Source: Azolla caroliniana (lineage: Eukaryota; Plantae; Polypodiophyta). Taken from it: a stretch of DNA of 64,000 nt. Below, piece by piece: positions 50,690-62,883 of the stretch. The notes beneath the pieces are model-generated. The model did not search any database, was not told the DNA's origin, and saw only the letters and a program-made list of their open reading frames with translations. Each line of letters starts with the position of its first letter. Within the stretch, counting starts at the first letter, position 1. Location of the stretch: the NCBI GenBank assembly GCA_043228905.1, contig JBHGNT010000068.1, positions 62,001 to 126,000 of the forward strand, read 5' to 3'. Position numbers and translations under genes: made by a program.

Positions 50690-50953
50690 AAGACACAGAG
50701 TATACGCAAGGTAGATTATATTAACAAATGAGAATTACTCAACAACATACAAGGTGGGAGGAGGGTGCTTTATATAGTCACCCTCTCTCTTCATTAACTA
50801 CAAGACTCATGGAGTATGGGGAATGTGAAAGCTCATAAGTTAAATGCTAGAATACAAAGAGGTGACATAATGGTGACTCTTGACCGTTCGGAGTGTCTAT
50901 TCACTCTCAAGGTGAGTTAACACACTAGACCAAGTTGAGCTTGATTCTCAACA
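45325..50953 (-). mobile_element. Degenerate Ty1/Copia LTR retrotransposon (frameshifts and stops)
   Basis: LTRs at 45325-45890 and 50592-50953 (tgtaaagaatcggg...tctcaaca); PBS TGGTATCAG next to 50592; PPT next to 45890. Fragmented gag, WHKRIG, NSDVWG, DGGKEY, MDVKNAFL, YVDD and KHIEVHYHF. Confidence 0.93.
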
Positions 50954-51414
50954 ATATTGTATGGTATGAGTGAACCTCTTGTCCGATAAAGGTTGAGATA
51001 ATTTAGGAGATATAGGAAAGATATGTGACTTCAACTTGTGTTTAAATTTTCTTACCACATTGGTTACCTCATTACCGTGACTATATTATGTGTTGTTGTA
51101 CCCACTTTTTTTTCTTGAGAAATATCCTCTATTGGTATTAAAAGAAAAGTGGCCAAATCCAATATACAATTTAGTGGTCCAATGTTACAAGAAATGTTGG
51201 GACTCCATGCCGAACGACCCTTGCCAACCTTTATAGGTAAAGATAATGATAAAAATACTTGTAAAAGTATTGGATGTGTAAATAAAGTACAACCAAGCCA
51301 TCCCATTCTCTAGATCAACAACATGAAGAGGAACCCAATATGAGTAAACACGTTCATGTTCACAAGTGAAAGGATCGTGCATTCTAGCTATAGATTCCTT
51401 TTATAATCTTGCAA

Positions 51415-53195
51415 TTTTAGGCCATTTTCAGAAACTTGATACACTAGTATCACATGTTTTAAATAGCGTGTAAAATTGGCTAATTTTTTGAGATTTAACA
51501 AGTTTCAAAATGATAAATTATAAAATTGAATAGTTTTTCAATAAACGTTTAAACATTGATGGTTTGCAAATATGAAATGTAGTTAACTTAAAGAAAATCA
51601 CAATGGCTAACTAAAGGCACAAGTTAAGATTAATGGTTTCTTTTTGGAAAAAAAAAAGATTAATGGTTTCACCATCTTGAGAATATGTAGGTTCCAGAAG
51701 TGGAAGTTACATCTATTGTTAGACTTGAAAATGTTTTAAGTATACGAGGTAACATTGTAATCCTTAATGCAATTATCTATAAATTTAGTGCTCATTAACA
51801 TCCATAAATTCACAACTCAAGAAATGTATATAATATTCATAAACAATTTTGATAAATCCATAACTCCTAAAATGTAGATGATATTCATAAACTATCAAAA
51901 CTAGCAAACTTAGATGTAAACATTAATATATCAATTTGAACATATCACATAGTTATTAAGGTATCCACAATGTTCTCCTCTTCTTCATTTTGAGAGCTCC
52001 TCTACAAAATTTGTGAAGTAAATGACATTTGCAAGGTTCAATTATAATCAACACAATTATTAATGGTTTTTTGTTAATCAAGGAAGCACATGTTCATGTT
52101 TAGAGTTCATGTTTAGAAATATTCTTCTTTTTTCAAATAGAAGAGGTTTAGGGTTTACATGAAGTCGAATTGTACTAAAATCTCTGTTTTTACAAGAGAA
52201 AAGAGATGCATGTCGATACTGCAAAGAAGTATGTTGCACAACAAGACACCTTATGGTGAACATGTCTTTTATTGATTAACAAAAAACCATTAATAATTGT
52301 GTTGATGGTAATTGAACCTTGCAAATGTCATTTACGTGGTCTATAAAATATTCTCATGGTTCTTAATCACCACTTCAAACACTTAATGTTGATCTTTATA
52401 GTTTGGTTCATCTACAACAAAGAAACATTTATGTGAAACTAAGCACAACAACACGAGCATAACTCAAGTGACAAGGAAACTTGCAAGAACTCAAGGTGAG
52501 AATATTAATAGCTACACATGTGGATGGCCATGACCTAGGGCACCAATTCTGCATTGGTAAAGTTTTGAACGTGGTGATGCATTAAACTTTTGTAATACAT
52601 CTATCATTGACATTAGTGAGGTGGATATCATTGTGTATGACTTTACACTTACAAAAGTTGAATGTTTAAGGACGATAACGATAGACATAATAAAAGAGAT
52701 ATTACCAAGTCAAGAAGATATTACCAAGTCAAGAAGATATCTCAGATTGAAGGCGAACAAGATTTAGTGTAAACAATTTGGAGACACCATTTGGTGAAGA
52801 CAATGATTTGATTGGTACATTTGATAATGAGGAGGAAGAGTCACAATTGTATATTAGTTAGAGTAGTGATTCTCATGAAAGGAATGATGATAGTGATGCA
52901 AATGACTCCTAAATGTATTTTTTGTGCAACAATATGTAACAAATTTAAACAACATTTTATCGAATGAAATGAAAAAGTTGATTGTTTTGAAATCTTTCCC
53001 TTATAATTTCGTTAGGATCTAGAATACTACTAGTTGTAATTTCTCCTTAAAAATACACAAAGTTACTTTTCTTATTTGGCCAAAATTTGGCATTTTTCAA
53101 TTTTACCAAATGGTGAAAATTTTAGCTTTTCTATCAAGTTTTCGAGAACATGTGATACTGGTATCAAGGTGTTTTCTGAAATGGCCAAAAAAGCC
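51415..53195. mobile_element. Possible old DNA-transposon relic with long degenerate terminal inverted repeats
   Basis: ggccattttcagaaac.ttgatac..actagtatcacatgtt (51420-51458) is inversely matched by aacatgtgatactggtatcaaggtgttttctgaaatggcc (53147-53186). No TSD confirmed. Confidence 0.45.
52018..52335. repeat. 64-bp near-perfect inverted repeat (52018-52081 / 52272-52335) with a ~190-bp spacer
   Basis: gtaaatgacatttgcaaggttcaatt...ttgttaatcaa versus its reverse complement, 2 mismatches. Confidence 0.88.
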
Positions 53196-54239
53196 CCAAA
53201 ATCAGACGGAATATTCCTTATCCTTCCATTTGTACGCAATCCTTCCACTCGTGAACTCATATGACTTGAATAAAAAAATCTTCACCGATGAGAACAACCA
53301 TTGTTTATGAATCTTTAGGGAATTCCAAGCAATAAAGCACCATCTTCCAACTGAAGCTCTTCTTGATAAGCATTTTATGGATTCTGCTTTCAGTGTACTT
53401 TTGACCTTGTAACAAAAAGAAGCATGATTGGGGCAATCGGTGTAATCCTTGGTAATATACATAAATACATATGTAGTTTGATTCCCAATGTCATAAACAA
53501 ATGAATCCAACACCTTACTCATCACTCTATACGAATTGCATCTCATCAAATAATTTAATCGAAAACCTCCCAATTCATTGTAACATTGGATGATGCCGAG
53601 GGAATGTTGTTGTTGTACCCGTTCTTAAAATAGGGGAAACATTAGTCGAGTTACAAGGGCACATAATATAAGTACTACACAAACTCAAGCAATGACTTTA
53701 GAGAGTTCCTATTCTCAAAAAGTTGACTACATTTGTGGAGAACTCAGATCATTTTCACTTTTGATACAAGCCCTAGATAAAGATTGATTGTGTTCCTAGG
53801 CAAGAGGATGATCAAGGAAGAAGACATTGTATAAGAGTTGGTAACAAGGTTGTGAATACATGTAGAGAACCTCGTCTTTGGTGAAAAAAGAATTATGGGG
53901 AAATTATGGTGAATCCTCGAAAATGTGATTAGGACTACTTGAGAAGTAGGGCTTGATTGTAAGATTATGTAGGATTAAATACTAATCTCAAAGAGTAAAG
54001 TTTAACTTCAAATTGTACAATCTTGACACTTGTAAAGTTATGAAGTCTTACTAGGCTAAGGCTGTGAAGTTGTGAAAATTATCATGATCCACCATAATAT
54101 CATGTGCCTTCCAAAAGTCATGGGTTGATACATTTATTATCTATAGAAATATAATGGTCATTTGAGGAGCAAGGTACCATCAATAAAACTAGGCCCATTT
54201 GTAGTTTAGAGTGTAAAGTTATAGGTATTGGGAACTCTT

Positions 54240-54869
54240 TTTTTTTTTTTTCCAAAAAAACACTACTTCGCATTAGTTAGCAAACAAAATTACATCATAG
54301 AACACCCAAAGTTCTTCTCACCAGCCCTCACTCTGGCCTTCCCACCAAAGTGGACATAGTCCCCACCTCATTTTCAACAAACGTATCCAAACAACTCCAA
54401 TAACCTAATAATTTGTACCATATCTATACAGATTTACAGCACCTAGACGCTGTTGGAAACCGGAAACAGCCATCGAGGTGCTTGGTAGTTCCATTGAGGC
54501 CCTGATGAGGATCTGCCCACCATAGGAGAATTACCCCATTTCAGCAAGAACTTTGATCGAGATCTTTCAGCTGCATCAGATTCCCCCTTGATTGAGTCGT
54601 ATCGTCCCCGCAGCCAAGATACCAACTCAAACCAGATATTTAATAATACCTCACCGCTAGGGATCTTTTGTTGTTGAAACACAAATTTACAACGGTTGGT
54701 CCAAATGTGCTAGACCGATAAACAAGACACCATCATCCATATCTCTTCAAAAAATTCTGAGTTAGTGCCATGTCAAACTCCAGCCTGTTGAAACACCTTG
54801 CCATCTTGCACTATAAAACCATGTCCGTGGGGGTTTAACTGTTCAGCCCAGCCTTCCCCTGTTAACTTC
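54240..54869 (-). mobile_element. 5'-truncated L1-type LINE insertion
   Basis: 17-bp TSD aggtattgggaactctt at 54223-54239 and 54870-54886; poly(A) tail (T-run to 54251); ORF2 end ...GPQWNYQAPRWLFP. Confidence 0.9.
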
Positions 54870-55239
54870 AGGTATTGGGAACTCTTATATTAAACAAGTT
54901 AACACTATACATATTGTTTCAGTCTTTACTATATGTGCATATGTATATTTTTAAAGCCCTTCTTAAGATTTAATTAGTTTCTTAATTAATAGTTAACACA
55001 ACGGATTGTGAGTGAGTTTGTGAGGTTATGATCAACCAAATGCTCAAGACTTTTTGTCAACCATTGTCGCCCAATTCACTACCAATTTACTAATAGGGTA
55101 TATGGTGGTTGAATCTCTTGGCGCACGACATCGCCATCGACATGGAGGTAGAACTCCATGGTCAATAGACGTGTTGTCGGTGGTGTGCACCTTGAGAAAA
55201 AATACATGTTTAAGCGGATGTAGTGGATGCCTACATAAA

Positions 55240-55670
55240 TGTTGAGAGACAAGCTCAACATCGGCCGGATCAGTTGAGCAAGCCGAGGACCGGATCGGTT
55301 GGGACCGATCGGTTAGGCCGGATCGATCGGTACCAGTACGCAGACCGGTGCGTAGGAAGGCCGGATCGGTACAAAAACCGTGAGGCCATCGGAAAGATAT
55401 TCCGCAAGGAATATATTTGGGAGTTAGTGTAGGGGCTCCTTAATGAGCATTGAAGTACTGTCAGTACTTCTGTCAGTCTGAAAAGGACTTGTATAAAAGT
55501 GTTCATTGAACACACACGATGTACAAATCGAGTATTATTTTTTAATTGAGTTCTCGTGTTTACTTTCTCTCTGTCTCTCCCGTGCGTACTGTGCAAACCT
55601 AAGCTTTCCATTAAACCTGCGTTTTCTGTTGTTCGGTTTCCTATATTGCTTCCGCACGCCATACTTTACA
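55240..55670 (+). mobile_element. Solo LTR (431 bp)
   Basis: TG...CA termini, 5-bp TSD ataaa on both sides, GC-rich ccggatcgg repeats, TATA-like tataaaag near 55492 and a CT-rich tract downstream. Confidence 0.8.
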
Positions 55671-58325
55671 ATAAACTTAACAAAAACTAGCAACCTACAT
55701 TGCATTGTACATGCCAATAAAATTGAAATATACCACTTTGCCAATGGTTTGATACTTTTGAGGTAATTAGAAATTCCCATGGTATGCCACCGACAAGTAG
55801 GCTCCAATAAATTACAATTAGATCAAATTTTGTAACCAATTATGCTTGAGAACTAAGTCCTCACAAAAACCATTAAAGCTTACAAAATATAATATCTATA
55901 TGATTTCCAATTCTGATTGTTTGTGATTTGCACACGATGTTTGCACTGATTATTGTTGGTTGAAGGAAAGAAAGTGTAATATAATGTGAGAATTGTTTGC
56001 AAGAACACAATTGTGGTCATTCATCCATCGTAAGTTAATGTCAACCAATGTTATATCTAGAAGAGTGTCCTTAACAACTATCCTTACCACACAAAACATG
56101 TTGCAGAGTGAATTCCTTATTAACATATTATTATGAAGATATGCATGTAAAATCCTTGTAGATGTTGGTGTCTATATTGTCAAGTTGGTTAGTGATAGAG
56201 ATATGAAGGAATGAATATATTTTGTTTTATGTTTAGTTCTTCCTAACATTTATACTTCCAACCCTTGTCAAATCACCTTGATCACCATCCCACCTAGCAA
56301 CTTAAGATATTTGTCATTTCTTTATAATGGCCAATCAAATTTATGCAAAGTTGTTTTTTCATTTCTTCTTGATGCACAAAATAACATCTCAAAAAAACAT
56401 TGTCCAATTCTGAAAACTGTCGACACTAAGTTTCATTCCTCTAGGATTAATCATTGTATCCTATGCTCTTTTGTGGTTTGATTTATGTTCTAAATTTTAA
56501 AATGGCTTGTGTTTGAGACTCACAAACCATTACCAAATACTATTCCGACCTCTACATGTTAATTTTGTACACCCAACGCCACTTGCTTCCAAAAGGAAGG
56601 AAGCTCTAGCTTATGGGGTTAACGGAGCAAAAAATTGAAAATAGCTAATTGGATGCAAATCCAAAATGACCCAAAAACAAATGGATGTAGTCACCAATTT
56701 TTTGACGGTTGCAAGTGGAGATCCTTCTTTCAGCGTTTCCAAAAGATAGTCATGAATGTTTTTTCTCAAAAGGTAAGCATATGACATCGTGGAAGAAGCC
56801 AATCGAAAAAAACTAACAAATCATATAGTGAACATTTTTGGTTCTTGAGTTATTTATGCCATTTTCAATGGACTTGCCTTGCAAGGTAGTTGGCTACTTG
56901 CAACTTGTGCCCTTCATATATTCAACAACCACATGACAACACCGTGAATGCTTTACGTGGAATTTGGAGGAAATGATTCCCAATGCTAAAGATGGGCCAT
57001 TCATTTCATTTCTATTTAGGAATCACAAATAATGACTCGTGGTTCGAACAAGGACTAGTTGGAATTGTAGTTGGAAAATCTTACTTTTCTATATGAGAAA
57101 AAACAATGGGTCCAATAATAATATTGCAGTTTGTACGATTAATAATTAGAAAGAAAGAGGGAGAAATCAATAAGAAAAGAGATGCATTGACCAAGCCAAC
57201 TCAAATGATGGCAATAATGCACAAAGAGGTCCCCTAAGAGAGAGCCAAGAAAGAAATATCAAGAATTAACAAATTATATATGTCAATGGAAAGAAGGTAT
57301 GACTCGGTAACAAAAAACATTAGAAATCACTAGATAACCCATGAGATGTCTAAAACAAAAACAAATCGATAAATAGTCAAGAATTGTGGCATCTACACTC
57401 GACAAAGACAAACAAGTCAAGTATAGGGGGAAACTACCTCCTCCAACTAGCCCCCAAAAGGTTGTATTTATAAGGCTCACAATGGCCTTTTATTGTTTAC
57501 GCTTTTAATTTTATATTTCAACCATTTGTTAGTGGGCAATTTGTGAGGTTTTATGCTCAACAAAGGAACCCCTTGATGTCTAAGAACTTAGAAGTCAACA
57601 TTAGTGTTCAATAAGGCTTGCTCGAAACAAGAAAGGGGTGATTCATGTGATATGTTGAAAGGACCATCTATTATATTGCAAGATATTTGCACCACAAATT
57701 TCTTCAGCATAACGTGTGATGCTCAATGCTTATAATGTATGTATATTTATGTATTTATTTTTTTCTCAAAACTAGCAAGGAACAAATTATGTGATACTTT
57801 CCAAAACTAGGAAGGGGTGATTGGCTTGTGATACTTTCTCGACAAGATGAACCTTTGTCTACTTGCAAGAGATTTTCATGAGAGAAGAACATGTTATGCT
57901 TGATGTTATTGGCATGTGTGTGAGAGAGAGAGAGAGGAAAAAAAGATACATTGGCTTCTTCCAAGAGGCCAAAATGGCCTATAAGACCAAACAAGAGATT
58001 ATATTTTAAAGTGTTGTCTTGTCTTTGAGAGAGAGCATGAAAAGAAAACCCTTTTTGAAGATGGCGTCTAGACTACCTAAATAAAGTCAACGAACAACTA
58101 CCCCAAAGTGGACATTGCATCATCCTAGGCACTAATAGATTGGAGATGGACTATCTTATGAGCAATTTCTTACTCATGAGATAATTTGAAATCCTAATTC
58201 CTCATGTTATGCCAACAAGAAGCAAGTTCATTGTATCCCTCAAAGCATTTCTTCATTTGTATGGATATGTGTGATTGTTAGGTATGGCCACCTTTTAAAG
58301 ACACGTCACACCATAGTGAGCCACA

Positions 58326-58908
58326 TCTTTTGAAAAAAGCAAAAGGTTGGAAACTAAGTTCTAAACTCTTTCTTTCTATTTGGTGTGTGTGTCTGTGTGT
58401 GTGGGTGGGTGCACGCGTGTACCTTCATTAATTGTTAATCCTTTTTGGTGAATTCTCACACTCACTTCACATTTGGGTGGACATGGTTTAGGTTCGGAAT
58501 TTTTTTCAATGTGTATGCTTGTAGTATCACGAGTAGAATTTCATAAGTGTGGTGGTGGACCGCGGTCCCAAGCACGATGTATGTGATGCCATGTTCTTTC
58601 GAAAAAAGCAAAAGGTTGGAAACTAAGTTCTAAACTCTTTCTTTCTGTTTGGGGTGTGTGTGTGTGTGCGCGCACGCGCGTGTGTATCTTCATTAATTGT
58701 TGTATATACTTTTTTGAAGTTTAATGAGAAGAATCCTTTTTCGTGAATTCTAAAAAGAGATTTCATTAATGCTTAGTCACAATCACTTCACATTTGGGTG
58801 TACATGGTTTAGGTCCGGAAATTTTTTCAATGTGTATGCTTGTAGTATCACGACTAGAATTTCGTAAGTGTGGTGGCGGTCCCAAGCACGATGTGTGTGA
58901 TGCCATGT
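58326..58908. repeat. Imperfect tandem duplication (units of ~270 and ~310 bp, each with a GT microsatellite)
   Basis: gaaaaaagcaaaaggttggaaactaagttc...cccaagcacgatgt.tgtgatgccatgtt occurs twice. Confidence 0.85.
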
Positions 58909-60295
58909 TTGATCACATTCTTAACAAAGACATTGATTCCCCATGCCTAAAGACAAAAAATATTGCTGATATGTGACATTGATTCCCCATGTCTCACATA
59001 TCAAAACTTTAATGGATATATAGAAGAGAAATTTGTATTGAAACATAGTGGAGCACATCTCTTAGCACATTTTACATAAGAAAGAAAGGAAGTCATAAGT
59101 ATACTAAATCTGTGAGACATAAATCCATTAAATGATTGTGGCTGAAATCATATAATGTTATAGTAGAATTATGCAAGATGTACAATGAAGCTTCACAATA
59201 TACTCATCCTCATAAGGAAATTCAAACTACGGAAAAGACAAAACTGCGGCATGGTATATGAGTTGGGGAATCACAATCGAACCAATCATGTCAAAGAGAA
59301 AGTTGTGTAAGAGTTTGTTAGGTATTCAAATTTCATTTTACAATAAGAGTATATACGCTCCACTTCCATGCAAGAAGTCTTCCTTACTCCTTGATTTCTC
59401 AACAAATGAAGTTAAATCACAATGAGAAAACCATTGCTTTTATAATCTGCAATAAATCCAAACCAGCATATACAAAATACATGTGCATAGATTCTTCCAA
59501 CTACGAATATATAATACATAATACATTGTCAATGTATAGTGTATGCTTCACAACTTTTCTCCTAAAGAAATTGTCAAGAGAGAAGTGATGATATATTTCA
59601 ACTTCATTGGGAGCTCGAAAACATGACTTATCGGACCAAATACTCAAGTTACCGAGAACTGATGATATTTAACTTCTTTGGGAGACTGAAACCATCACTT
59701 CCTAGTAGGTGTCCCATGGGTGCAACACCATCAATGTTCGCAATTTGCTCTTTTACCTCTTTTTTTACCAACAAGAGAACAATAGAAGAGAGACATGAGA
59801 GAGATAGAAAGCCCTTTGTACTAACAAAAGAGAGTGGCACAATGATCCCCAAGATTTTGAGGTAATAAAAGAGATTTACACCGCTTGGAACATTATGACA
59901 ATTTCAAATCGTGAGGTAACTTCGTTCGCAAATCAGATGCAATCCTGCTATTTGAACAATACATATCAACGTAAATGTCCATGAATCGAAATCTAATGTT
60001 GCATTTACTATACCAGCAAAACAAATGCAAATAACTTGAATATCTCTGTCAATGTACATTTTATCAATTTCCTTCTCCTCAAACAATGGCATTACACATT
60101 CAGTTTCCAACACCAACTAAAGGCTGGAAAACAATAGCCTTGTTTGGGGCCAATGCTAAACTGCTTCTAGATAGACCTATAATCATATGTAGAAGGAAGT
60201 CAGCAACCCGAAAGAAAATATTTAAGGCAACTGCTACATCAATACAACTCTCCCCAAATCATACAAAGAAAGCAATCAAAACAAAAACATGTAAA

Positions 60296-62161
60296 TTAGT
60301 TTGACATGCATAGGAAGATTTTGGCGAACGATGCCATGTGTTGGCGTTGGAGAGAGATGATGAGTCGGAAGCCACCCGCATTGGAGGCCAATGGTGACCT
60401 CATGACATAAGCGAGTCCTTCAAATCCGATGTGGGCAGGGCCCGCATGGATAGGCTGCCCCCACCCGAAATCACACTCATAGATAGGCAATTGGGTCCAA
60501 CTTGTGAACCCCACATTGGGTGATGCAAACGTGTGTGCCCCCTTGATAAAGCGCTTCGTGTCGGGAACCTCTTCTAAAAAGTCCAAGGCCGAGCGGCAGT
60601 ATGGGTCATCGAGTTTCCGTAGCGCCTGCCTGACCCGGCTGGCTGCCACCACAATGTCTTCCTTCACTACCTCGCCCGCATCTGCCGCCATTACACTGGT
60701 AAAGATCACATTCCCAAAGTAGCCTTCTGGTAGTCCACGCATCCGCGACCGTCCATCCACTGCCACAATCATCTTGCTCTTCACCCCTTCCCCTAGTTTC
60801 CTCGCCTCACACACTGACCTCCACAAGTGTGCTGCCAGTAGCTCGTACGACGTGTAGGGCTTGGTATCCCCTGTGCCCGCAGCCAGGTGTTCTTCCTGCA
60901 TCTGCTTCAGCTTTTGCACAAGCTCTTTTGGGATCTCAAACATCTCCACTATGCTCTCATCGGCATTGGCTTTTGCTGTACTCACTTTTCCAGCATTGAC
61001 CACATGGTTGTTGCTGTGGTGCCCATTTGACTCTTCATCCTCTTCTTCCTCAGATCCATTGCTACTAGAATTTATCGTATGATCATTGTCATTATCATGG
61101 TCTGCATCCAAAGGAGGTTCATGTTGCAGCCCATTCGCCACCTGATTATGTGTAGAAGAACCATTTGTGATGGTCACTTCACCATTAGATTTATGCCCAT
61201 TCGACACATCATGTTCGGTGCTTGAATCATCAAAGGCATTGAGGGAATGCTTCCGTTTACCCATGCTAGAGGGGGGGGTATATGGGGCTGCTGCACCCAC
61301 TTTCTCAGCATTATAGTTGGGGGGTAATGGCAAAGAGAGGTATTCTTCATGAGCAAATTCCGGGGTTGGAGGGGTTCTCGCCTGGAGGCACTTGCGATCG
61401 AAGTAAACCTTGTCATTGAAAGGGACACCTCTGGATATGTCGGCCCAAGTGTTGAGAAATTTAACGGCTGATTTTCCATCGGCCACATGATGCTCGATGC
61501 CAGTTCCAACAGAAATACCGCCGCATTTGAATTTGGTGACCTAAAAAGGAACAAAAAGGAAAAAGGAGAACATGTCACATAGGAGCGGACGTAAAGAAAA
61601 AAGGCCTACCTTGAGGCGTCCTCTAAATCTAGAGTACACACCTCAATATCTAGCTAAAGAAGGGACACCCACATGAGGGAGGGGAAAGAGTTTAGTACAG
61701 ATCTGTATAGCTCAGCTGAATTGGTTGGTTCCTACCTGTATGACCACCAGGGGCTGCGTGGCGAGATCGGCAGTGGAATCGAGCGTGGGGACAAGGTCCA
61801 GAAGATTCGGGTTGGGTGTGAAACCACCAGGCAGTGCGTTCATTTCGCAAGAGCAGTGTGCCTCAACGAACAAGACACCTGCGTCGTTACAATCGATCTG
61901 GAGGCGGCCGGAAGGGTCATGGGAGAGGCGGCCGGCCATGGGCCAGAAGTGGGAAAGCGCGGTGCCCAATGCCTGCTTCAGACGAGAGATCTCGTGATGA
62001 TGATCAGAGGCAAGCAGGGGATGCTTCTTGTCGAAGAAATAGACGGTCTTGATGTAGGCGTTGAGGATGACGAGGTCCAAATTGGAGGTCCACAGGGATG
62101 AGGGGTGGGGGATGGGATTCAGGGGGACAACCATCTCTGAATTCACCACTTCTACATCCAT
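60296..62161 (-). CDS. BAHD acyltransferase, HCT/HQT-like (hydroxycinnamoyl-CoA transferase family); exons 62161-61736 and 61540-60296, about 556 aa
   Basis: SNLDL, FWPMAGRL, IDCNDAGVLFVEA, PLVVIQ|VTKFKCGG (conserved Q intron, phase 0), HHVADG (HxxxD), VDGRSR, GYFGNVIF, SALDFLE, SWTQLPIYECDFGWGQP, GPAHIGFEG. Confidence 0.92.
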
Positions 62162-62403
62162 CGCTCTTCTCTGTTTTCTTCTTCTTCTTCTTCTTCTTCT
62201 TCCTCTTAACTATGACAAGTATGGCCACTGCTACTGCTACTGCTACTGCTACTGCTTCCTCTACCCCTCTCTCTGGGATCTGTATTTAGGTTTGCTTCGC
62301 TAAGTTTTGGTGGATTTTGTGGGCACCGACGTCTGAAGAAGAAGAAGAACGTCTATCTCTCTCTCTCTCTCTCTATCTCTCTGTCTGTCTTTATTTCGTC
62401 TAC

Positions 62404-62411
62404 TATTTATA
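62404..62411 (-). promoter_or_regulatory. Putative TATA box (TATAAATA) of the BAHD gene
   Basis: Consensus TATA about 245 bp upstream of the ATG, followed by a GA-rich leader. Confidence 0.5.
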
Positions 62412-62574
62412 GGTATCTTCTAATAAAAGTAGGGAGGGGAGGGCAGAAATAGTAGAAGAAGAGTGGGCTTCCTCCCTCCCTCCCTCTTCTTGTCTTTGCC
62501 TGCTTGCTTCTCTTTCTCTTTTTGAAACCCTCCTTCTTCTTCTCTCTCCACGTCTCTCTCTCTCTCTCTCTCTC

Positions 62575-62616
62575 TTTGGCCTTAGAAGACGTTAATACAT
62601 CTTTCTTTCTTTCTTT
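62575..62616 (+). mobile_element. Extremely 5'-truncated (~40 bp) insertion of the RTE-X-like LINE 3' end in a (TC)n tract
   Basis: tttggccttagaagacgttaatacatctttctttctttctttc is identical to the LINE terminus starting at 16948 and is flanked by (TC)n. Confidence 0.88.
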
Positions 62617-62826
62617 CTCTCTCTCTTTCCTTCTTCTCTTGTGTGTGTGTGTGTGTGTGTCTGGGCCTCTGACTAGCATTTTTATTTGTGGCACATGTTC
62701 CCCGTGCCTCCCTTGCCATTATTACTCGCATATTTTCTTTGAATTCCTTTGGGGATGTTAATCTGTGGCTCTTCCCAACACCACACACCCCCCAATTCAT
62801 CCACACCCTCATGTTTTTGTTGGATT

Positions 62827-62883
<57 letters not shown>

